DNA of 50,757 nucleotides, filler included, from Catajapyx aquilonaris (Eukaryota): NCBI GenBank assembly GCA_000934665.2. It is 3 parts of 3 records of this genome, joined end to end, with 100 filler letters (N's around TTAATTAATTAA, not from the genome) between each part and the next. Parts side by side here need not be neighbours in the genome. Positions count along the whole stretch, not along the records: positions 1 to 16,877 come from JYFJ02007089.1; 2 more parts are not named here. The stretch is one strand, 5' to 3'. The notes beneath the pieces are model-generated. The model did no database searches and was not told the DNA's origin. It was given only the letters and a program-made list of their open reading frames with translations. How positions within the stretch are numbered: the stretch's first letter is position 1; the number at the start of each line of letters is the position of its first letter. Shown here one piece after another: positions 1 to 11,903 of the stretch. A program made the translations under genes and the position numbers.

Positions 1-91
1 GAATTTTTTGTTGATAATGTTGCTCCTACTTAAGTCATTGTTTGTAAAGATGTCAGAGTGCCCCCTTAAGGCCAAATAGGGCCAGTAAAGG

Positions 92-136
<45 letters not shown>

Positions 137-159
137 ACTGCCATTTCCTCGCCAACAAG

Positions 160-271
160 CATTCAGAAAAAAAAATCATCTTTGATTTTTGTGTTTTGGG
201 AACTAATATGAACTAATGGAAACAAAAAAAAGTTCAAAAATTCAACAAAAACTTTTCCATGCATATCTGGG
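160..271. mobile_element. Terminal fragment of a piggyBac-like MITE (same family as 10907-11903)
   Basis: Ends ...gcatatctggg|TTAA. Sequence 160-271 closely resembles 11790-11903. Confidence 0.7.
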
Positions 272-275
272 TTAA

Positions 276-690
276 AGGGACACTCCACTCAAAATACAAG
301 TTGGGTTCTAAAAATCGGGCAAAAAATCCTGATTCCGAGGGTATAAGCAGTTTTTCTTAGAGACGAACGGTAAGGCCAGTGTGAAAGCTGGAAGTGTGTC
401 GTTCGAAAACCGCGCGCGGGGCAGGTGGGCGCAGGTGGCGACGCCACCAGAGTGGAACCGGGCGGAACTAGACAATGCTCGCCTGGCGCGGCATGGTGTT
501 TACTGAGCACACTATACTTCTCCGGTTTGCCTCGAGATGCTGTTGTATCGCCCTTCTTAGCAGACGACGTGTGTAGATGAATGATTTTCCGTGTTACCGT
601 TGGGCGTAGAAAAAAACGATTGCACATTCGGAATCAGGATTTTTTCCCCGATTTTTGGGGGCCAACTTGTATTTTGAGTGGAATGTCCCT
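276..690. mobile_element. Kolobok-type MITE, family A, copy 1
   Basis: TTAA at 272-275 and 691-694; TIR AGGGACACTCCACTCAAAATACAAGTTGG / CCAACTTGTATTTTGAGTGGAATGTCCCT; near-identical copy at 46661-47138. TTAA TSD with RR termini is the Kolobok pattern. Confidence 0.8.
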
Positions 691-1473
691 TTAAGAGAGG
701 CTTTTTGATACCGTCAAAATGCCAATTACTCAAAAACTGTAGGTGATAGAAAATATCGGTTAACATATTTGAAATCAGCGCAAAAAATACAATAGGAATC
801 GCACATATTCATGTACATGGGCCAAAAATAAAGTTCCATTTTGTTCCCTAGTGTTGTGACGATTTGCCGACCTGTATGGGCACTGTATTTGTGGCAAAAA
901 AAAATAAAAATTGTTTGAGTATGGCCCTCGTAGTTGACCAAACTGGGGAGGGGGGATAGGGAATCCGAGAAAATCCATTTTGAACGTTGAAGGTTGAGTT
1001 GGTGGGAGGGGCGAGAAGCTGGTCACGTGGGGGTTTGGACCCAACTACTTTGGAAAATTAACCCTGTAGCGGGCATTGTTGCCTGAGGGCAACAATTAAT
1101 TTGCGCAGGCGCCATAAGCTTCAACATTGGTCCTGGAAACCACAGTGTGGCTTGATGTCACCGATAGTTTGTTAGCTTCCGCTGGATGACATGCAATGTC
1201 GACAATGTTACGATCGGGATATGGTATGAAGCGGAGAGAAGCCAAGGTCGTTGAAAATGGCGCGAAATTTGAATTTGCTGAAGCAGCAATTGTTTCTGGA
1301 GCTGATTACATATAGGTGCAGATATGAAATATCCAATTGCATGTGTAACACTGCAAGAGTAGCTCTCTCGTCGCCATTTGAGGCCATTCTAATTTTGCCA
1401 GCACAATTTCATCACAATTTTTTGGCCGCGCAGGCACAATATTGCTTGAGTCTTGAGTCCCAAGTCATTGTAC

Positions 1474-1788
1474 TATTTTTATTCAAAAATGGAAAAATTT
1501 ACAGATATTACCATTACTACGTTTTTAAGGTCTGGCGATTACAATTTCATCTGATAAATAGATCGCCCCGAGATCTCAAGGGGAGCTGGTAAACGAAAGG
1601 GGATCGTGACCCCCCACCCCGAGCTGCATGAGACGGTGGAAGGGTGGGGGTTATGATCACCTTTAGTTTTCTGGTCCCCTTTGCGATATGGATGCCATCT
1701 ATTTATCAGATGAAATTGTAATCGCCGGACCTTCAAAACTTAGCAAAGGTCATCTCTGTATGTGTTACCATTTTTGAATAAAAAAATA
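1474..1788. repeat. Imperfect inverted repeat with ~90-bp arms (MITE-like)
   Basis: ttttattcaaaaatgg...ggcgattacaatttcatctgataaataga is mirrored by tctatttatcagatgaaattgtaatcgcc...ccatttttgaataaaa. Confidence 0.65.
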
Positions 1789-3070
1789 CTCGCCCGGTGT
1801 AACTTCAAAGTCATTGGGTCAGAGATGACCAAAACATAATAAAAACCATCCATACGTCGCATATGATGAGAAAAAGGCGTTAGAATTTTTTTTCTTCCCA
1901 CAATCCTAAATGTGTGCAGTACAGGGTTAACCGCAGCCATGCGCGACCCCCGGAAAAGGTTGGGGAGGTTGGTAACCACTGCTCTAGACCAAGGGACAGT
2001 GGTGATCCTGGCAGACAAAGCCTCCCAACTGTGAATGCAAATCTGGTGTTCTCCTAGGGCCTAGGCCATGAGACTTCGAACCACTTCAAACTGTCAAACC
2101 ATGAATCACACCCAATGCAAACCACTTGCACCTCAATTCTTGGCCACTACAACTTGTAATACTCACTGGCCGTTCTTATTTTCCTAAACTTACAGTTAGT
2201 AATGCCCATGTCTCGGGTCTGGCTTATGTAGAAGAGGAAAGGCTACAAAAATATAGGCTCCAATCCTCTCCTGCCTCTGATATCGTCGGTGTTAAGGAGA
2301 AAGGGCAAATATACCATTTTAGAAATTTTACATGACAGCTAATAGTAGGTTCAAAATCGCCCTCACAAATCGCTGTATCACTGCATAAGCTCTAAATTTT
2401 TGGATTGTATTGGAGCAATGCATTGATTTTCTTTGGCAATCACGATTAGAAATTATTTATGGGTCATTCCACGTGAAATCGTGACGAGGTATGCTCATGA
2501 ATTTTAGATTTCCAAAATGTTTTGTAGGGAGATAGACTTATCCCTAAACTCTAGCTTTCCCAAGTATTTCGCTCCGCTATCCTCAAGGTCACGAGAGGTG
2601 AAGTGATATGTCTGGGGGGACAAATTGCAACTTTCAAACCAAGCCACTTTCAGAATCGAATATCTCAAAAACTACGCTTCGTAGCGACTCTTCTCATGGA
2701 ACATTTGTTTCAGATCATAGGACGTGGAATATGGAAATGTAATCATTTATCCGATATATGTATTGTGTAACGAATTACAGCCTCCGGAATATGTGTATTT
2801 TTGTCAAAATTTGCTCTCTTTCGGAATTTTTTATAGCTGTAAAATTGCATTAATTTGCAAATATTATACCTTGTCAGAGACATATCCATGTACCTGATCT
2901 CTCGCAAATTATTTAGCGTTGTACAATATATAAACTCGGAGAAAATTAACAGTCGTATTTTGAAGAAACCTCATTTTGGCCATTATTGAGGCAAAAAAAA
3001 GGTCTGGGACAGTGACTAAAAATCAGGAAGTGAGTTATTCGGATAGTCCAAAACGTGGGCTTTCAGAGTA

Positions 3071-3285
3071 TGAGTACGTTTACATAGGACTAAAAATCGG
3101 CCTGACCCAGGCTTCCTAAGGAAGGCCATCGCCTTAGGTAGACCACCCGATCCGAAAGACCTGGGCTGCGCCCGACAATGGATCAAGATAAGGCCGGTCT
3201 ATCGTAGGCCCAGCGGCTACATGGGAGTAAACCGGTTCGCCTAGCATAGGCTAGGCCGATTTTTAGTCCCATGTAAACGCACTCA
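3071..3285. mobile_element. PIF/Harbinger-like MITE nested in the left arm of 2461-7207
   Basis: TIR tgagtacgtttacataggactaaaaatcggcct / aggccgatttttagtcccatgtaaacgcactca; the equivalent site in the right arm (~6585) lacks it. Confidence 0.7.
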
Positions 3286-3481
3286 ATATCTACGTGATAA
3301 GAGCAAAATCATTCCCTTAGTGAAAAAAAGGGTAGTTATACCTCCATGGCGGAATGAAAGTACTGAAACAAGGCAGGCGCATGTAAGACCTTCACCAATT
3401 GATTTAAGCTGTACCACAGGTCTTACTCAAGCAATTACCAATTTACTGCTCATGAAATCTCCTTTCTGAAAACAGTTTGTA

Positions 3482-3598
3482 GAATTTTCGTCGTACTACT
3501 AGTTACTTCTAACTTAGCAGTACCAGTGTAGTGCAATGGTACTGCTAAGTTAGCAGCAGTAACTATAGTTAATAGTAATAGTAGTACGACGAAAATTC
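3482..3598. repeat. Hairpin palindrome
   Basis: gaattttcgtcgtactact...ctaacttagcagtacca is mirrored by tggtactgctaagttag...agtagtacgacgaaaattc. Confidence 0.75.
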
Positions 3599-4370
3599 CA
3601 CCCATTGATTTTCCGTGAGCCACTCCATATTAGTGTTTTATGAAATTAGGAATTTCAATATTACGCACATTGAATTTCTGTACGATTGGTGCGAATTATT
3701 GCCATGAAACATTTATGCAGAGTCGTCACCTCTTTTAGATGCTGATTTTAACTCTGTTTAATTTTTCACATGTAAACGTAAATTGGTGAATTTTAGTGGG
3801 TATTTTTCGATTGGACCAAGTCTGTGAGGATGGGTTTAGTTTTTTTCCCCATTTTTTTCTTTCCGTAATAAAACCCTACCTACTGCTCTGAGTAGTTTGC
3901 AGCAGTAATTTTTACGAGCCTTTCCATGCAGTACGTACTTGAGAATTGCTTGAGTAAGACCTGTGGTACAGCTTAAATCAATTGGTGAAGGTCTTACGTG
4001 CGCCTGCCTTGTCTCAGTACTTTCATTCTGCCACGGAGGTCTTACCACCCTTTTTTTCACTGAAGGGAATGTTTTTGCTCTTATTTCAGTTCTTTTTTTA
4101 AGCCCCTTCGCAATACCAGCTATACCGCCATCGCCTGGGTTGTCGCTTACATGTACTCTGAAGACAAGGACAATATAATTATTTCACAAATAATAACAGC
4201 TACAGTGATATACGGATCATATCATACTAACACGTTTATGCTCTACACTGAAGTCTGCACTATGAATGCATTGGAGACGATTTTCGTCGCTTAGAAGTCC
4301 CTAAAATGATTTTCACAGAGATAGTTGTAAAAAAAACACAACTCGAGTGCTACCAGCGAACGGTTAGTCT

Positions 4371-4637
4371 GATTTAATTATGAAATAGCCTATAATCTAA
4401 AATATACGGAATATATACATTGACAAATGTACCAGACAAATTTGCTGAAATCGTGGTACTTTGCAAGAATTAAATCAATACTTATCTGCGGTTTGCCTCC
4501 ATCACATCTGAAAACTCCCAGACTTAATTTAATTTTCTCGAAATGCGACGATTTCAGCAAATTCGTCTGGCACATTTTTCAAGGTAGATATTCCGCAGCA
4601 TATACTGTAGGCCTAGCATATTTTTTTAATTAAATCG
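4371..4637. repeat. Degenerate palindromic MITE-like element
   Basis: gatttaatta...aaatgtaccagacaaatttgctgaaatcgt is mirrored by acgatttcagcaaattcgtctggcacattt...taattaaatc. Confidence 0.6.
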
Positions 4638-4846
4638 GCTTAAGAGTTCGCTCTCATGTAAAATTCCCCTACAGGCTCATACGCCCTTCTGACCTATCAC
4701 CCTCGATCGACTTCGATTCGATATTTTTAAAGTATCGAAAGTAGATATGTAGGCTAATTTCGGATATCCCACAGCCCTACATATGGGCCCCTATCAGCGC
4801 GGATCCGCTCCCCTCGTCGGTAGTACAAAACTACAAATAACAGCTA

Positions 4847-5130
4847 CCTGGAGCAACCCACTTACATTGCGGCCCCGGGGCCGCCCCCGGGCCGCCCCCA
4901 AACCACAGTTCGCCCTTGGTCACACTCAACACCATTGCAATTCATTGCATTGGTGTGAGGACACGGCAGAAAATCCGACCTGGAGCAACACACTTACATA
5001 GCGGACCCGGGGCCGCCCCCGGGCCGCCCGCAAACCACAGTTCTCCCCTGGTCACACTCGCCACCATTGCAATTCATTGCATTGGTGTGAGGACACGGCG
5101 GAAAATCCTACCTGGAGCAATGCACTTACA
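4847..5130 (+). repeat. ~131-bp tandem repeat (2.2 units), probably internal to a piggyBac-like element ending near 5245
   Basis: Units start acctggagcaa at about 4847, 4978 and 5110. Downstream is ggccctcaacagg|TTAA. Confidence 0.75.
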
Positions 5131-5254
5131 AAGCTGCCTAAGAATACTAAGGTCTGGTCACTCATTTTTATCGCCTGAATTTGGAAAAAAAAACTCGGGC
5201 TGTGGGGGGCTTGCAATTGAAAAGAAAACCTGGCCCTCAACAGGTTAATAGACC

Positions 5255-5454
5255 GACTTTAATCATTGCCTGCGCTGTGATGGATTTTGATTGCGGGAGG
5301 AAACGGGAGAACCCCGAGAAAACCCACGCGAACACGGAGAGAACCCATCGAAACTCTATCCACATTTAAGTATCCTCTGTCCGGTCCGGGGATCGAACTC
5401 GGGACCTTAGAGGTGGAAGGCTGCGGCGCTAACCACTCGGCCACCGTGTCGCCC
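5255..5454 (-). mobile_element. tRNA-derived SINE with a V-domain-like core
   Basis: Minus strand has A box (TGGCCGAGTGG) and B box (GTTCGATCC), then GTTCTCTCCGTGTTCGCGTGGGTTTTCTCGGGGTTCTCCCGTTTCCTCCCGCAATCAAAA, which resembles the V-SINE conserved domain. Confidence 0.8.
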
Positions 5455-5899
5455 TCTTATGTAGTATATGCTCCCTGACTAGTCTACATACCGATTAATG
5501 AAATCTGTCAAAAATGTAATATTAGCTCACCCGAAAATTAAGAAGGACCAAAATATCCGAAATTTTCTTCTGCCGTCTCCTTTGTGCAAATTTTGTGCCT
5601 GGTCCACCGATCGAGGGCCAAGAAATGGTGTGTTATACCAGAGGTGAGGTGAAAATGAGTATGTTAAATCAGGAGTCAAATACACAGGGCCTTATGGACG
5701 AAGCATGCCGGGACTGGCCTTTATAACCAAAAGTCTGTAGTTATAGCCGAGGCTGTTATATCGGGATTCAACTGTATACATTCTGTATACATTCCGGTCA
5801 CCCCAGAGCAGCGGGGTAACATTTCGATAACAATATGGTGATGTGTAAATAAGAATTGACATTGCTAGGTGATGGAATCATGAACAAATGAAGTATTTG

Positions 5900-6350
5900 A
5901 TGGAAAAAAAAATTGGGGAAAAAAATCATAACTTCAATCCTGCAGCAGGTGGAACTGTGATTTTTTGAACAGAGATCCGCACCATCCTACTGCGCATTCG
6001 GCCCTTTGATGAAGAAACCAAATTCCGAATAGTTATTGAGCAAAAAATTAGAAACGTACTTTTTATTGGTTTTTAATTTTTTTTTGGCGTTTTGAAGAGG
6101 AATTGGGTTTAGCTGCAAATGGTAGGAATGCACTTCACGACGGTGGGCATCTGTGTTCAAAATTTGGAAGCTCTACCTACAGCAGAACTTGAGTTAGGGC
6201 AAATAAGAAAAAGGGTAACAACAAGAACAACAAGAAGAAGATATTGAAAAAATTCATCATCATCATCATCATAATCACGTCGTTTCCCAAAGAAAAAAAT
6301 TAATCGTTGAAAATTGTTGACGGTCTTACTTAGGGGCTACTGCCCCTAAA
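5900..6350 (+). mobile_element. Possible Helentron-associated (HINE/DINE-like) element remnant
   Basis: Internal (AAC/AAG)n tract at 6216-6240 and a terminal stem-loop taggggc-tact-gccccta followed by an A-run. Confidence 0.4.
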
Positions 6351-6351
6351 A

Positions 6352-6576
6352 TATATGATAATCTCACCTGGAGAGACAGTAGGGCCTTTTGTTTGAAGGC
6401 AAGTTTCCGGCGGCAGCTGCGGCTTCACCCGCCATCATCAGATGGCTTCGGACCATGCTTCGGACTCTCCGGCGTCTCCCATGGGGGCAGTATGATGTAC
6501 AGACGCCGCAGCTGCCGGCGGAAACTTGCCTTCAAACAAAAGGTCCTACCGTCTCTCCAGGCCAGATTATCATATA
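6352..6576. mobile_element. Palindromic MITE with ~70-bp TIRs
   Basis: tatatgataatct...cctggagagac...ttttgtttgaaggcaagtttccg...cggcagctgcggc is mirrored at 6505-6576. Confidence 0.75.
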
Positions 6577-7241
6577 ACAAGTAGATATATTCTGAAAGCC
6601 CCCGTTTTGGACTATCCGAATAACTCACTTCCTGATTTTTAGTCGTCGCACAGACCTTTTTTTGGGCCTCAATAATAGCCAAAGTGAGGTTTCTTCAAAA
6701 TGTGGCTGTTGATTTTTCCGAGTTTATAATAATTATATTGTATGTACAATGTGAAATCATTTACGAAAGATCAGGTACATCGATATGTCTCCGATAAGGT
6801 ATAATATTTCCAAATTAATACAATATTACGGCAGTAAAAAATTCCGAAAGAGAGCAAATTTTGATAAAAATAAGCAGATTGCGGAGGCTGTAACTCGTTA
6901 CACAATACATATATCGCATAAGTGATTACATTTTCAAATCCTACGTCCTATGATCTGAAACAAATGTTCCATAAAAATAGTCGTTACGACGCGTAGTTTC
7001 TGAGATATTTGATTCTGAAAGTGGCTCAGTTTGAAAGTTGCAATTTGTACCCCCGGACATATCCATTCACCTCTCGTGACCTTGAAGACAGCGAAGCGAA
7101 ATACTTGGGAAATCGAGAGTTTAGGGATAGGTCTATCTCCCTGCAAAATATTTTGGAAATCTAAAATTCATGAGCATACCTCGTGATGATTTCACGGGCA
7201 ATGGCCCTTATACAGTATATATTTAAGTGTAAAAAATTAGA

Positions 7242-7530
7242 GGGGAGGCATGGTGGTCTAGTGGTTACCCCCACTGGCCAGCCAAGCGGGAGGCCGGGGT
7301 TCAAATCCCATCCCCATCACCTCTGCTTGGCCGGGTCTTTTTCCGCTTTTCACCCGACATGCCAGGGCAGAATTGCACTACCTACTCTGCCCAGTGCCAG
7401 GAGAAAAGGTCTGGTCGGGTCTGGTGTATTTCAGAAAGTCAGAAATGACTATAATTACAGCGCCCTCCCTTGGGAACCTCCCCTTCCCCCCTAAGAGGGC
7501 CTCGGGCCCTATCACGGGTGTCAAAAAAAA
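7242..7530 (+). mobile_element. tRNA-derived SINE
   Basis: A box TGGTCTAGTGG, B box GGTTCAAATCC, A-tail at 7523-7530, degenerate TSD tgtaaa(a/c)aatt. Confidence 0.75.
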
Positions 7531-7629
7531 TGTAAACAATTTAATGCATATTCACCCTTTCTTCGTAACAGTTTTTAATAGTCCAGATGCTTTTAACTTA
7601 GCATTTTGTGATTAAAGTATGAAAATAGG

Positions 7630-8410
7630 TACATTCATTCTTTGGACACTTCTGAGAATATCTGGATGTGGGCCCACAATGGGTGACCCCGCTGGGGGTC
7701 ACTTTCACAGGGTTGCCATATCTACCAGATGCAGCATGCCTTTAGGACTTTGTATTCGGTGATAAAAACATGAAACTTAGTACACTTGTTCTTTGGACAC
7801 TTCTGAGCATATTTGGAAGTGAAGCCACCCTGGATAACCCCACTGGAGGTCACTTGCGCGGGGCTGCCAAATCCAACTGGTGCAACTCAGACTTTTACGT
7901 TTTACATGAATAAGGACCTTGCATTCCGTGATAAAAACCTGAAATTCGCCACAATTGGTCTTTGGACACTTATGAACATGTCTGGAAGTGAGGCCACGAT
8001 GGATAACAACCCCTCTGTGAGTCACTCAGGGGGTTGTCATATCTAACAGGCGCAAGATGTGTTTCTATTTGAATAGGGAGCTTCGATTCGGTGATAAAGG
8101 CGTAAATCTCGGTGCACTAGTTCTTTGGACACTTCTGAACATATCTGGACGTGGAGCCACAATGGCCGACCTCGCTGGAGGTCACTATCGCGGGGTTGCC
8201 AAATCCAACAGGCTGTGCAACATGCATTTATATTTGAATAGTGAGTTTGAATTCGGTAATAAAGACATGAATCTCGCCACGATCAAAGTTCACACAAAAT
8301 GAATGGTCTTTATGAAAGTGTGGTTACGAGTGACCTAATGAACACGAAAATGACAATTGAATTCCCATGGCCAAAAAAAAAAATGCATAGTGTAATTGAA
8401 CACCCTTGTA
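7630..8410. repeat. Four ~150-170-bp tandem units, probably inside a Tc1/mariner-type MITE
   Basis: tctttggacactt(c/a)tga recurs at about 7639, 7789, 7959 and 8123; the region ends aattgaacacccttg|TA, a mariner-like terminus. Confidence 0.65.
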
Positions 8411-8591
8411 GGGCCTATGTCAAGCTTGTAGTTCTTGTTGAGGTTTTCCAGGATATTTTAAATTATTTACAAAATAATGCATGTTTTTTGTCTACTTTCA
8501 TCTCCTTTAGTGTCCTCCTTTATAGGAAAATGATGATTTAAAAAATATTTATAGAACGTATTATCTGGTTATTTCCAGGACTCAATTCAAG

Positions 8592-9341
8592 ATGGCGCAA
8601 AAGGTTACATTTGTTTCCCAAGAACCATGGCTCTTCTATGCCATGTGTTCAGACAAGAATAACAAGGATGTGCTGATTATGTGTGCAGATGGGAAACTTG
8701 AGTCTCACCGTTCTATTTTGGCTGCATGCAGTCAGTTACTACATATTGCCCTGCAGGACTCACCCAAGACTGAGTGCGCAAAGATTTTTTTGCCAGACTT
8801 TAAAAAAAACATTCTTCAGCACTTTATAATCCTAGCTAGTGGAGGCCAAGATATTCTCACTGAGTCAGAATTGGATCAGTGGCAAGAATTGTCAAAAACC
8901 TTGGGTTTGCCATGGAAGATTGAAGTTACAGCTTATGACCCATCTGTAGAAGACATTCCAGGAAGCAGCAGTGACAACATAAACACTGAGGAGTTCCCAT
9001 ACAGTGGAGGTGCTTCTAAGAAGAGAAAAGGGAATTTGAAAATTACTGATACACCCTTAAAAGAAGTCACTCCAGAGCAGCCAATTATTATTGATTTAGT
9101 AGAGGATGATGATGATACAAGTGATGATTTAATGGCTGTTGATGCACCAGATACTCTGGCAAAGGTAGGCAAAGCGCATGGAATGCATACTGGCATGCCT
9201 GCAGATGAACCTTTGACAGATGGTAAGTGTGATACTTCTGGAGAGGTTGCAACTGTACATCTAAACGTGGATGGTGATCGAGCATCAGTTGCAAGCGAAT
9301 CTGCCATGGGATCCTCGAAAGTTTCTGGGAATAGCATATTG
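8592..9341 (+). CDS. BTB/POZ-C2H2 zinc-finger protein, first coding exon (BTB domain + acidic linker)
   Basis: Acceptor tttccag at 8578, ATG at 8592. DVLIMCADGKLESHRSILAACSQLL...IFLPDF...LSKTLGL fits the BTB pattern. Phase-0 donor TTG|gtaagt at 9341/9342. Confidence 0.85.
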
Positions 9342-9480
9342 GTAAGTGAGTGGCTTTTAAATATTGAAAATGCCTCGAATGCTCGAGAATTGCTTTAGTC
9401 ACAAAGGGTATATAGTCTAATTTTGTAATTATTGGAGTTATATGCTCTTCCAATGCAAATGGCAGACAATGGAATATTAA

Positions 9481-9987
9481 GGGGGCGCATTAGTAAAAAA
9501 ATACGGTAACAATCGGTAACAATGCGAGCCCTTGGCGACTACGTAAACAAACTCGCGTTTGCATGGACAGCATATGGGGATTCGACATGTCCACGCTTCG
9601 GCGGCCTTATGGCCACAAAAATGGAGCAATGGACACAAAAATTACACCAAAAAATAGGACATGATCTGGCGTAGGGCACCTTCGGCGTCAGTTTACCATA
9701 TTCGGCCTAGAAGTGACCTTTTCATCGAGTTGAAGTGAAAGGAAAATGGCGTTCCCGAAAAGCCCATTTGAATAACATGGCGGCAGGAACGCGACAAATT
9801 CGGGAACGCTTCGGCGCCCGTATGTCCACAATTTTAATGCAATCATATCGAGTATGGTACCATAGTAAAGGCCAAACCTTTCCGCAGGGCACCTTCGGCG
9901 TGATTTTTCCGATTAACAGTCCGTTTCGCCACAAAAAATAAAATTCCCTCAAAAATGCGCCTACCGTATTTTTACTCATGCGCCCCC
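9481..9987. mobile_element. Kolobok-type MITE, family B, copy 1
   Basis: TTAA|GGGGGCGCATTAGTAAAAAAATACGG ... CCGTATTTTTACTCATGCGCCCCC|TTAA; highly similar copy at 40015-40521. Confidence 0.8.
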
Positions 9988-10490
9988 TTAAGTGTCCCAT
10001 GTTTGGAACAGTTTGTTGCCTCATAGGTAACAATATTTTGCAATTTCCATGTGAATTTGTAAGAGATCAGTAATGGTGTTCTTATTCATGTATGGTGCAG
10101 GTAGCTTGGGAACCACATAAAACACCAAATCATGACAGCAGCTGATTTTGATTGAACTACTCTGCATTAGTATCAGCATCCATAAATGTACAATTACCAC
10201 CTTTATTCCTAACTGCCAAATTAAGATCAGTCATTATTAAAATTGATTTGCGATATTAGTGTCCCGTATCACTTACATTTAGTAATTGCACTTTGACTAA
10301 TTGTCATAACAAATTAAGCATCAGTAGGCCTTGGCGCCAAGTTTTAAACCTGTCAACTTTGCGGAGAGGCATTATGTGAACTATGGCATTGGTTAGTCAC
10401 TATTGTTTTGGGTGCTTCAGGGGATATTTCCGGGGTCTACGTGGTACCTGGCAGGGCAGTTCAGGTTCGTGAGGTTTATAAGCATCCATA

Positions 10491-10640
10491 TACGAGGGTC
10501 AGTTGGAAAATAAGTTTCGTGGTGCTCCAGTTTCGACGCCATGCGACAGACAGGGTAAAAACTAACACGGGCATGTACGTCCATCCTTCCTCTACTTTGT
10601 AAGATGGATAGGCACCATCTTGCAGTTTATGCGCAGGCGT
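10491..10640. mobile_element. mariner-like terminal fragment
   Basis: TA|CGAGGGTCAGTTGGAAAATAAG is a mariner-type TIR start; no partner end was seen. Confidence 0.45.
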
Positions 10641-10906
10641 GGTAGCTGTTGGATGAGACCGAGCGGCGAGCTGAGCATGCCCTAGCACATTCCCCCATGA
10701 AATGCCATGCCAGACAGAGAGTTTTGGTCACATGGGCTAAGGCAGAAGTTAGGACACTTGAGGACACTGTCGGTAATGGTAGTGGCCGGTACCCAGGTCT
10801 CTGGTTGTCTTTTACTCTCACAGGCTTATTCTTAACCCTTTGACGGTGGGGTTTTTTGGGTCGTTTTTTTTTCGTTTCTTGAAAAGATTTGTAGGAATGA
10901 TGTTAA

Positions 10907-11903
10907 CCCAGATATGGCGAGTGTGCCCTATAGGGGACACCTGCACAGTTATTACATTTTAATTTTTTGCACAGGTTCTTCTGCTGCTAAAGAGCTGGCA
11001 GTAGTGATGGGGGCTTCAGTAGAGTCCCAGCTAACGATACAAGTTCAAACCTGCTCAATATTGCTTCAGATTTTTAAGATACAGGTGTTTGAATTTTAAC
11101 GCAGGAAATAATGGCTGCACCTCCACGTTCCGAAGACGATTAGTAATTAATTCTCGAATGTTGATTAGCATTATGAGTTATTTTTTGTTTGTAATACTTA
11201 GAAAACTTATGAATGATGATGTCCATGTGGAAATATAGGCATATTTTTCACTTTCCTTGTCTGAGGGTGGCGTTGAAATCGGGTGTCCCCTATGAGGGAC
11301 ACTCGGCAAATGCACCACAAATGGACCGGCAAGTCAAGCACCGGTACTCTAGGCTACTGTATGCGTCCGGATTTTGTGCGTTTTGTCGAACTGAATTTTT
11401 ATGAATCCCTAATTTTAAAATGAGGGTTACTCGTAGCTATGCTGGTAACCCATTGCCATGTACAATCAAACATTCCTGCATACAAACTTTCTCCTTTGGG
11501 TACAGTGAAGGCCAGTGGCGGATCTATGGGGGGGGGGGAGCGCGGCGACAAATCACCCCCCCCCCCCCACCAACGACGTCTAGATCCGCCACTGGCGAAA
11601 CCTGTGTATAGCAGAATAGCACGGTGCCCTAGAAAAATCNCCCCCCCCCCCCCCCACCAACGACGTCTAGATCCGCCACTGGCGAAACCTGTGTATAGCA
11701 GAATAGCACGGTGCCCTAGAAAAATCGTAATCGACTAGATGTCACATTTGCCTAGTGTCCCCTATAGGGGACGGCCCTTTTCTTACAATCTAGCATTCCA
11801 TAAATTTTTTTATCATTTTTGTTGTGTTTTGGGGACTATCATGAACTAATAAAATCAAACAAAAACCAAAATTTAAACAAAAAATCTTTCAGGCATATCT
11901 GGG
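10907..11903. mobile_element. piggyBac-like MITE
   Basis: TTAA|CCCAGATATG ... CATATCTGGG|TTAA, with an internal repeated motif gtgtcccctatagggg. Confidence 0.8.
11513..11594. mobile_element. Tiny hAT-like MITE nested in the piggyBac-like MITE
   Basis: TIR CAGTGGCGGATCTA / TAGATCCGCCACTG; the 8-bp flanks gtgaaggc / gcgaaacc match only partly. Confidence 0.65.

Larger units (their letters stand above)
2461..7207. mobile_element. Long-TIR non-autonomous DNA transposon (Zator-like termini) split by nested insertions
   Basis: Left arm 2461-3436 starts GGGTCATTCCACGTGAAATC. Its reverse complement occurs in two pieces, 3944-4084 and 6577-7207 (ending ...GGCAATGGCCC). Superfamily is inferred only from the GGG-CA(A)TTCC termini. 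Confidence 0.65.

Noticed and set aside
5380..5454. tRNA genes at the A/B-box motifs (also 7242, 13866, 40992, 42807)
   Set aside because: No complete cloverleaf; each continues into a SINE body, several with TSDs.
7630..8280. Regularly spaced repeats as a possible CRISPR-like array (also 4847-5130)
   Set aside because: Whole units are homologous, with no unique spacers; eukaryotic context and no cas genes.
8933..9453. Antisense ORFs over the BTB exon
   Set aside because: Shadow frames of the real + strand exon.
11640..11727. Apparent tandem duplication of 11555-11639
   Set aside because: Exact copy starting at a single N within a poly-C run; typical unmerged contig-overlap artefact.
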